Origin: Erysipelotrichaceae bacterium
Lineage (GTDB): Bacteria > Bacillota_I > Bacilli_A > Erysipelotrichales > Erysipelotrichaceae
Direction: 5' to 3'
NCBI GenBank assembly: GCA_963676105.1
Contig: OY781039.1
Span: 1,770,001 to 1,802,000 of the forward strand
DNA length: 32,000 nt
Shown: positions 24,241 through 31,133 of the stretch, piece by piece
Position numbering within the stretch: the first letter of the stretch is position 1
Layout of the letters: the number at the start of each line of letters is the position of its first letter
Notes under the pieces: model-generated
What the model saw: only the letters and a program-made list of their open reading frames with translations
Database searches by the model: none
Told to the model about the DNA's origin: nothing
Position numbers and translations under genes: made by a program

Positions 24241-25401
24241 ATGAACTATGTATTTATTTCTCCAAGTTTCCCAGATAACTTCAAGTATTTTGTGAACAGA
24301 TTAAATTCATATGGGATTAATGTTTTTGGGATTGCTTCAGACTCTTTTGATAACTTAGATTCAGACTTAAGAGATCATTTATCTGATTATTATCGTGTTA
24401 ATGATTTAGAGAACTATGAAGAAGTTTATCGAGGGGTCGCTTATTTTGCCTATCGTTTTGGCAAGATTGACTATATTGAATCTCATAATGAACATTGGAT
24501 GCAGTTGGATGCGCAACTACGAACTGATTTTAATGTTGATGGTATAAAAAATGATTGGATCATGAGAATTAAGAAGAAATCAGAAATGAAGAAAATCTTT
24601 GAGTCTTTGAAATTACCTCATGATGATGGATCAAGATTTGAAACATTAGATGAAGCAAACAAATTGCTTAAGAAATATAAATATCCAGTCTGTGTTAAAC
24701 CAGATATTGGGGTAGGTGCAGCTTTTACTTATCGACTTAATTCAAATAAAGAATTGGAATCATTCTTTGAATCAAAACCTGATAAAACCTTTATCATGGA
24801 ACCTTTTAATGAAGGAGACATTATTACCTATGATGGTTTATTAGATAAAGAAGGCAAGATTATCTTTGAAAATTCTTTAGTTTATTCACATCCAGTGATT
24901 GATATTGTAAATGATAACTTAGATATGTTTTATTATTCAGATATTAAGATTTCAAAAGATTTAAGAGTGATGAGTCAAAAGATCTTAGATGTTTATCAAC
25001 TTAATACACGTTTCTTTCACTTTGAATTTTTCAAAAGTAAAGAAGGAAAGTTAAGTTTACTAGAAGTAAATATGCGTCCACCAGGTGGTAAAACGATGGA
25101 TATGTTTAACTTCGCTAATGATTTCGATTTCTATGATGCCTATGCAAGACTTGTCGCAGGATTGGATGTTTCAATTCCTAAGAAGAAAACATATAGTGTG
25201 TGTCATGTCGGATTGAAAACGGCAAATGATGAAAAGCGACAATTAAACTATGATCAAATCAAAGAACAGTTTAATGACTTAATTGTTTATGAAGGATCAA
25301 TGGCAGATATCTTATCACCTGCTTTAGGTAATTATTGTTTTTTCTTAAGAAGTTCAAAAATATCTGATGTTAAAAAGGCAGCACAAGCCATTATCAAATA
25401 A
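24241..25401 (+). CDS. ATP-grasp-fold carboxylate-amine ligase, paralog 1 (substrate unknown)
   Basis: YPVCVKPDIGVGAAFTY (ATP-binding Lys/Gly-rich loop region), MEPFNEGD, FFHFEFF...LSLLEVNMRPPGG (Mg-ATP Glu/Asn). It is colinear with the next gene. Confidence 0.8.
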   Translation: MNYVFISPSFPDNFKYFVNRLNSYGINVFGIASDSFDNLDSDLRDHLSDYYRVNDLENYEEVYRGVAYFAYRFGKIDYIESHNEHWMQLDAQLRTDFNVDGIKNDWIMRIKKKSEMKKIFESLKLPHDDGSRFETLDEANKLLKKYKYPVCVKPDIGVGAAFTYRLNSNKELESFFESKPDKTFIMEPFNEGDIITYDGLLDKEGKIIFENSLVYSHPVIDIVNDNLDMFYYSDIKISKDLRVMSQKILDVYQLNTRFFHFEFFKSKEGKLSLLEVNMRPPGGKTMDMFNFANDFDFYDAYARLVAGLDVSIPKKKTYSVCHVGLKTANDEKRQLNYDQIKEQFNDLIVYEGSMADILSPALGNYCFFLRSSKISDVKKAAQAIIK

Positions 25402-25413
25402 AGGATATGTTAT

Positions 25414-26583
25414 ATGAATTACATTATTATTTCCCCCCATTTTCCAGATAACTTCAAACTCTTTAGCACCGCTTTAGCGAAAGAGGGCATTAATGTGTTT
25501 GGGATTGATAATCAGAAATATAGTGACTTATCTGCAGATTTAAAACACTCTTTAACTGAGTATTATCAAGTTCATGATTTAGAGAACTACGATGAAGTTT
25601 TAAAAGCGGTTGCTTACTTCACCCATAAATATGGAAAGATTGATCGTATTGAATCTCATAATGAACATTGGTTAATGTTGGATGCGAAACTAAGAGAAGA
25701 TTTTAATGTATTTGGTTTTAAACCACATGATCTTAAAGCCATTCAGTCTAAGATGAGCATGAAAGCAGTGTTTAATAAAAATGGCATTAAAACAGCACGG
25801 GGTATTGTGATTGATAACCATGAACATGCCTTGAGTTTCATCAATGAAGTGGGTTATCCTGTTGTCGCAAAACCAGATACAGGGGTTGGTGCAAGTGGCA
25901 CCTATAAAATTCATAATGAAACTGAGTTAGATGCTTTTTGTGCGCAGAAAAATCATGCTGCATATGCGTTAGAAGAATATATTCAAGGCGAGATCCATAC
26001 CTTTGATGGTTTAGTGGATAAATACGGGCAAATCGTTTATGCGAATTCCTTTGTCTTTCCAGTAGGTGTTATGGAAACAGTGAATGATGATTTAGATATG
26101 ATCTATTACACCCAAGACACGATTATGGATGATTTAAAGGAAGCAGGTTTTAAAATTGTTGATGCGTTTAATTTAAAAGAGCGCTTCTTTCATATTGAAT
26201 TTTTCAGAACTGCAGCTAATGATCTATACGCTTTAGAAATCAATGTACGTCCACCCGGTGGTTATTCAATGGATATCTTTAACTTTGCGAATGATCGTAA
26301 CTATTATGCAGAATATGCGAAGCTTGTTGCGGGTCAAAGAATTGAAGAAAACATTGGGAATAAATATGTTTGTCTATACATTGGTCAAAAAGCACATATG
26401 GCAGACGACTACCTATTAACAAAATCTGAGGTTAGAGAAAGATATAACGATAAGATTGTTTTTTATGGTGAGATTGCCTCAATTTTTGCGAAAGCTATTG
26501 GGAATTATGCCTATATCTTAAAAGGACATGATTTAAAGGAATTAAAAGATATCGCAAAAGCGATATTAGAAAAGAGAACTTAG
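25414..26583 (+). CDS. ATP-grasp-fold carboxylate-amine ligase, paralog 2 (substrate unknown)
   Basis: YPVVAKPDTGVGASGTY, LEEYIQGE, FFHIEFF...LYALEINVRPPGG. It shares the blocks GINVFGI, DLENY.EV, KID.IESHNEHW, FNFAND and LVAG with paralog 1. Confidence 0.8.
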   Translation: MNYIIISPHFPDNFKLFSTALAKEGINVFGIDNQKYSDLSADLKHSLTEYYQVHDLENYDEVLKAVAYFTHKYGKIDRIESHNEHWLMLDAKLREDFNVFGFKPHDLKAIQSKMSMKAVFNKNGIKTARGIVIDNHEHALSFINEVGYPVVAKPDTGVGASGTYKIHNETELDAFCAQKNHAAYALEEYIQGEIHTFDGLVDKYGQIVYANSFVFPVGVMETVNDDLDMIYYTQDTIMDDLKEAGFKIVDAFNLKERFFHIEFFRTAANDLYALEINVRPPGGYSMDIFNFANDRNYYAEYAKLVAGQRIEENIGNKYVCLYIGQKAHMADDYLLTKSEVRERYNDKIVFYGEIASIFAKAIGNYAYILKGHDLKELKDIAKAILEKRT

Positions 26584-26585
26584 AT

Positions 26586-27338
26586 ATGCACGTAGAATAT
26601 CATGATTACTATAGTTATCGATTAGGGAGAAATATGCCTTTTAAGATTTATGGTCATGCCGGTAAACCGATGATTGTCTTTCCTTCTTCAGGTGGTCGTT
26701 TTTATGAGTATGAAGATTTTCAAATGATTGATGCGATTAGTTGGTTTATTGAACAAGGTTTAATTAGAGTCTATACACCTGATTCTATAGATGCAGAAAC
26801 GTGGTTAGCGGATGGAAAATGGGCAGGGGATAAAGCACGTTTTCATAATGCTTATGATAAATATATTGTTGAAGAATTTGTGCCTTATATCAGACTTCAA
26901 AGTGATTGGCCTTATCAAATGATTGTGACAGGTTGTTCAATGGGGGCATATCATAGCGCAAACTTCTTTTTTAAACACCCTGATGTCTTTGATACACTCA
27001 TTGCCTTAAGTGGTATTTATGATGTGCGATTCTTTGTGGGTGATCACTTAGATGATAGCGATGTCTACTATAATTCACCGGTAGACTATTTAAAAGGCTT
27101 AAATGATCCACATTACTTGGACAGAATAAGAGATGGGAATATAATAATATGTACAGGCCAAGGAGACTTTGAAGCTGATTCAATAAAAGATACACAGCAT
27201 CTACAAGCTGTACTTAATGAAAAAGGTATCGAAGCATGGGTAGATTATTGGGGGTTAGACGTCAAACATGATTGGGAATGGTGGCGTCAACAAATGCCTT
27301 ACTACCTTGGTAAATTGAAAGAGATAGGGAAATTATAA
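26586..27338 (+). CDS. Esterase-D/Fes-like alpha/beta serine hydrolase ('putative esterase' family)
   Basis: GxSxG elbow in VTGCSMGAYHSANF. C-terminal GQGDFEAD and KHDWEWW are candidates for the Asp/His of the triad. Size and layout resemble PF00756-type esterases. Confidence 0.7.
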   Translation: MHVEYHDYYSYRLGRNMPFKIYGHAGKPMIVFPSSGGRFYEYEDFQMIDAISWFIEQGLIRVYTPDSIDAETWLADGKWAGDKARFHNAYDKYIVEEFVPYIRLQSDWPYQMIVTGCSMGAYHSANFFFKHPDVFDTLIALSGIYDVRFFVGDHLDDSDVYYNSPVDYLKGLNDPHYLDRIRDGNIIICTGQGDFEADSIKDTQHLQAVLNEKGIEAWVDYWGLDVKHDWEWWRQQMPYYLGKLKEIGKL

Positions 27339-27343
27339 AAATT

Positions 27344-28525
27344 ATGGATTATTCAAACTTTTTTGATCAGTTAAATGATCGTCACAACACAAATTCCATG
27401 AAATGGGATGCACATGAAATGCTTAAAAAACCAAAGGATACTTATCCTTTATGGGTGGCAGATATGGACTTCAAAGTCATGCCTGAAATCGTAGAAGCTT
27501 TAAAGACAGAAGTGAATACAGCGATTTATGGTTATACTTTTGAAAGCGATGACTATACTAATGCAGTCATTAATTGGTTAGATAGACGACATAACTATCA
27601 TGTCAAAAAAGAATGGATAACATCAACACCAGGTGTTGTATCAGGTGTTAATGCAGCATTATTAGCTTTAACAAATGAGGGGGATCATGTGCTTCTTCAA
27701 GAACCTGTTTACTATCCGTTTAAGCGTTCAATCTTAACCAACAATCGTAAGGTTGCGATTAATGAACTCATCTATACAGATGGTGAATATAGAATTGATT
27801 ATGAAGATTTTGAAAAACAAATCAAAGAGAACGATGTAAAACTTTTTATTTTATGTTCACCTCATAATCCAGTGGGTAAAGTCTTCACTGAAGATGAGTT
27901 AAATAAAATGGTAGATATCTGTAAAAAATATGATGTCATCATTGTCTCTGATGAAATTCACATGGACTTTGTATTTAAACCAAACAAACATATCGTTACA
28001 GCAGAACTTAGAAAAGATTATGCTGATCATATCATTACTTTATATGCAGCCTCAAAAACCTTTAACTTAGCAGGCATGAAAGTATCACAACTCATTTCTT
28101 CTAATCCTGAGTTTATTCAAAAAGTAAAAGATGTTTATATGACTTTAGGACTACATGGTGTAAATACACTAGGCTTAATTGCTTCAACAGCTGCTTATAC
28201 TTATGGAGATGACTATGTGGATGGGATTGTGGCGTATTTAGATAAGAGTATTAAGTGGCTACAAGACTTTTTAAAAACAGAACTTCCACAAGTTAAACTT
28301 GTTAATCCACAAGGAACATATATCTTATGGTTAGACTTTAAATCATTAAACATGAAACAAGATGACTTAGATAAATTTTGTTTAGAAGATGCGAAGATGT
28401 GGTTAAACAACGGAAGCATTTTTGGTCAAGGTGGTGAAGGTTTTATGCGTATTAACTTGGCTTTACCTTTATCAGAACTACAAAAAGTCATGAATCATTT
28501 AAAGAAAGCGATTGATTCGCTTTAG
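27344..28525 (+). CDS. PLP-dependent class I/II aminotransferase-fold enzyme, PatB/MalY-type cystathionine beta-lyase (C-S lyase)
   Basis: N-terminal RHNTNSMKWD...YPLWVADMDF is the PatB/MalY hallmark. Also SPHNPVG, SDEIH and the PLP-lysine motif AASKTFNLAG. Confidence 0.85.
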   Translation: MDYSNFFDQLNDRHNTNSMKWDAHEMLKKPKDTYPLWVADMDFKVMPEIVEALKTEVNTAIYGYTFESDDYTNAVINWLDRRHNYHVKKEWITSTPGVVSGVNAALLALTNEGDHVLLQEPVYYPFKRSILTNNRKVAINELIYTDGEYRIDYEDFEKQIKENDVKLFILCSPHNPVGKVFTEDELNKMVDICKKYDVIIVSDEIHMDFVFKPNKHIVTAELRKDYADHIITLYAASKTFNLAGMKVSQLISSNPEFIQKVKDVYMTLGLHGVNTLGLIASTAAYTYGDDYVDGIVAYLDKSIKWLQDFLKTELPQVKLVNPQGTYILWLDFKSLNMKQDDLDKFCLEDAKMWLNNGSIFGQGGEGFMRINLALPLSELQKVMNHLKKAIDSL

Positions 28526-28534
28526 GAGATTTGT

Positions 28535-29083
28535 ATGAAAGTTGCCGCATTAATGGCTAATGGTTTTGAAGAAACTGAAGCCATCACAACAATTGATATT
28601 TTAAGAAGAGCAGGGATAACGGTTGATTTGGTGTCCATTGCAGACGAGATTGTGACAAGCTCACATGGTGTTAAGCTAGTGTCTGATAAAACATTTACAG
28701 ATATGAATGATTATGATGCGCTATTTTTACCAGGTGGACAACCAGGCACCAACAATCTTAAAGCTGATCAAAGAGTGATTTCGTTAGTTCAAGATTATGC
28801 TTCTCAAAACAAATTAGTTGCAGCTATATGTGCAGCACCTTTAGTTTTAGAAGAAGCAGGCATCTTAAATCAAAAAGCCATCACATCCTATCCGATGGGT
28901 GACTCAAAAGCTTTATTTCCTGATGCTCATTATAGTGAAGAGTTAGTTGTTAAGGATGGGAAAATTCTCACATCAAGAGGTGTTGGGACAGCCCTTAATT
29001 TTGCTTTAGCCTTTGTAGAAGCCTTAGGTTTAGATTCAAAGGATCTTGCGAAATCTGTTTTATTTCAAGGTAAACTGAAATAA
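28535..29083 (+). CDS. DJ-1/PfpI-family protein (YajL/ThiJ-like)
   Basis: GFEE.E, LPGG.PG, and the nucleophile-elbow Cys in AAICAAPLVL. 182 aa. Confidence 0.85.
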   Translation: MKVAALMANGFEETEAITTIDILRRAGITVDLVSIADEIVTSSHGVKLVSDKTFTDMNDYDALFLPGGQPGTNNLKADQRVISLVQDYASQNKLVAAICAAPLVLEEAGILNQKAITSYPMGDSKALFPDAHYSEELVVKDGKILTSRGVGTALNFALAFVEALGLDSKDLAKSVLFQGKLK

Positions 29084-29129
29084 TTCATTTTATATAGAAA
29101 ATATCCATAAGTGAGCCTGCTCACTTAGT

Positions 29130-29212
29130 GCACCAGTGGCGGAACTGGTATACGCGCACGTCTCAGAAGCGTGTGGGCAACCGTACGGGTTCAAGTCCCG
29201 TCTGGTGCACCA
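29130..29212 (+). tRNA. tRNA-Leu (anticodon CAG), long variable arm, CCA encoded
   Basis: Same scaffold as the tRNA-Leu at 23971. Anticodon stem CACGT/GCGTG, loop CTCAGAA. It is preceded by the hairpin TAAGTGAG-CCTG-CTCACTTA (29109-29128). Confidence 0.9.
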
Positions 29213-29224
29213 AAGACTTTATTT

Positions 29225-29250
29225 AACATCTCAAATGGGATGTTTTCTTT
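29225..29250 (+). terminator. Rho-independent terminator after tRNA-Leu(CAG)
   Basis: AACATCTC-AAAT-GGGATGTT (one G-U pair) followed by TTCTTTT. Confidence 0.6.
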
Positions 29251-29287
29251 TGGGGTTTTGTTATACTTGAAGAAAAGCGAGGTGCTC

Positions 29288-29986
29288 ATGAAATTTGTCT
29301 TTGATGTGGATGATACAGTCTATGATCTTAGTGAACCTTTTAAACAATCTATACGTAAGAATTTTCCTGAATTAAAGGTTGATATGGAAAAACTTTTTAT
29401 TCGTTCTCGATACTTCAGTGATGAAATATTTGAAGATCAAATGGCTGGCAAGGTCTCTTTAGAAGATGCTTATATTTATCGCATTACCAAAGCTTTAGAA
29501 GAAGTTGGTTTAAATATTGATAAAGAAGAAGCTTTATCTTTTCAAACAGATTACTATGACTTCCAAAAAGAAATTAAACTGGAACCACTCATGATTGAAC
29601 TCTTTGACTATCTTGTGAAACATAATCTATTAGGGGGGTTTATTACTAATGGAATAAGCCAACACCAAAGAACTAAGATAGAAAATTTGGGCTTAGAGAA
29701 ATGGATACCTAAAGATCAAATACTTGTATCAGGGGAAGTTGAAGTCAATAAACCAGATAAAAGGATATTTGAAATAGCTAAGAAACAATTTGAAATTGAG
29801 TCTGATCAAATCTATTTTGTGGGTGATTCCTTTGATAGTGATGTCATTGGGGCATTAAATGCTGGATGGATTCCAATTTGGTTAAATACTCGAAATAAAA
29901 TAAAACCGCAAGATTTTAATGAGGAAATTGTTGAAGTAAATTCATATAGTGCTTTAATAGAATTAGTAAGAGCTTTAATTAAATAG
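29288..29986 (+). CDS. HAD-superfamily hydrolase (phosphatase-like)
   Basis: ATG 29288 follows GAGGTG. Motif I is FDVDDTVYD (DxDxT). Later motifs are ITNG and VGDSFDSDVIGALNAG. The track ORF start (29171) lies inside the tRNA gene and is rejected. Confidence 0.8.
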   Translation: MKFVFDVDDTVYDLSEPFKQSIRKNFPELKVDMEKLFIRSRYFSDEIFEDQMAGKVSLEDAYIYRITKALEEVGLNIDKEEALSFQTDYYDFQKEIKLEPLMIELFDYLVKHNLLGGFITNGISQHQRTKIENLGLEKWIPKDQILVSGEVEVNKPDKRIFEIAKKQFEIESDQIYFVGDSFDSDVIGALNAGWIPIWLNTRNKIKPQDFNEEIVEVNSYSALIELVRALIK

Positions 29987-30007
29987 ATAATCAATAGGAG
30001 ATGATCT

Positions 30008-30754
30008 ATGACTAAACAGGTAATTTATCAATTTTATGCAGAATTAAGTGATTATAAGTATGGATGTAATCGACGTTTTCAAATCAAGGCCGATAGGACA
30101 ATGTCAAATCTTGCTTACACTTTGATGACTATGTTTGAAATGAAAGCGAGTCATCTCTTTCGTTTTATGTATAATGCAGAGTTAAATTTCATCACAAAAG
30201 TTGGTGAACATATAACAAATGAAATTAATCAAAAAGCGTTAATGCAATTCAACACGAATCCAAGTTTTAAAATGTGTATAGTTGAACTTCCTAATGAATA
30301 TATGCAAGGATTTGAACGATTCAAAACATTTGACGCAAGTGAAACGTTGATAAAGGATTTAGTTAGTGAACCCAATGAGTTTATCGATTTTGAATATGAT
30401 TTTGGGGATAGTTGGATGATTCATTTAGTGCTTGAAGAAATTATTGTGAGTGATACAACAAGATATCCTACAAAAATGTTTCCGAAAGTGATTGACGGAA
30501 AGGGTTATGGAATTATCGAAGACTGTGGAAGTATTCCTGGCTTAGAAAGTATTTATCGTGCATTTGAAAAGAAGTCGGGTAAAAAGTATGACGAGTTCGT
30601 TGATTGGTTAGGGACTGATCAATTAGATATGAAATCCTTTGATTTAGAAGAAATGAATGTACGTTTAAAGAAAATCCCTAGACTTTATCAAAAAGTATAT
30701 GAAGAAGACTATCGAATAAGTGAATCTGAATATCAATATTTAGAAAGGCTTTAA
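30008..30754 (+). CDS. pRiA4b-ORF3-like (PF07929-type) domain protein, function unknown
   Basis: IYQFYAELSD...RRFQIKADRTMSNLAYTLMTMFEMKASHLFRF...FEYDFGDSWMIHLVLEEI...GKGYGIIEDCGSIPG follows the plasmid pRiA4b ORF-3 family pattern as I recall it. Confidence 0.6.
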   Translation: MTKQVIYQFYAELSDYKYGCNRRFQIKADRTMSNLAYTLMTMFEMKASHLFRFMYNAELNFITKVGEHITNEINQKALMQFNTNPSFKMCIVELPNEYMQGFERFKTFDASETLIKDLVSEPNEFIDFEYDFGDSWMIHLVLEEIIVSDTTRYPTKMFPKVIDGKGYGIIEDCGSIPGLESIYRAFEKKSGKKYDEFVDWLGTDQLDMKSFDLEEMNVRLKKIPRLYQKVYEEDYRISESEYQYLERL

Positions 30755-30773
30755 TATATAACTTAAAGATTCT

Positions 30774-30801
30774 TTGACATAGCATTTTGGTATGCTATAA
30801 T
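30774..30801 (+). promoter_or_regulatory. Promoter of the trp T-box leader
   Basis: TTGACA (30774-30779), 16 nt, extended -10 TGCTATAAT (30793-30801). Confidence 0.7.
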
Positions 30802-30802
30802 G

Positions 30803-31097
30803 TGAAAAATAAATAAACCGTTGAGACGGAGATAACGGTAGATATGACTTTACAGAGAGCCCAAGGTGCTGCGATTTGGGTAAGACACAGTTTATCAAAT
30901 GGACCGTTGAGGGTGTAGTGAAAAGCAAGTGCTTATTATTCTACAACGTGAAGAGCTACGTTAGTTGCTCAGGGATATGTTAGTATCCTATAAAAGTGCA
31001 TCGTTTTTTTGATAAGAACGGTGAAACAAGGTGGCACCGCGATACGTGTAATACATCGTCCTTGGCAAAACAAAAAGTTTTGCTTAGGGCGTTTTTT
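30803..31097 (+). promoter_or_regulatory. T-box riboswitch leader, Trp-specific (specifier UGG)
   Basis: Stem I has the AGAGA box (30854-30859 region). The specifier loop reads ..AAA UGG A.. with TGG at 30900-30902. The T-box sequence AACAAGGTGGCACCGCG is at 31025-31041. The terminator CGTCCTTGGCAAAAC/GTTTTGCTTAGGGCG plus T6 is at 31057-31097. It sits immediately upstream of trpE. Confidence 0.9.
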
Positions 31098-31133
31098 ATT
31101 TCTAGGCAAACTGACATAAAAGAGGTAAACCTT

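Noticed and set aside
29171-29287. Upstream part of the HAD ORF starting inside tRNA-Leu(CAG)
   Set aside because: It overlaps the tRNA gene and its terminator. ATG 29288 has a GAGGTG RBS and begins directly with the HAD motif I region.
25690-29994. Minus-strand ORFs 25690-25914, 26998-27195, 28213-28419 and 29812-29994
   Set aside because: Each is antisense within a strongly supported plus-strand gene (ATP-grasp 2, esterase, PatB-like, HAD). None has translation signals.
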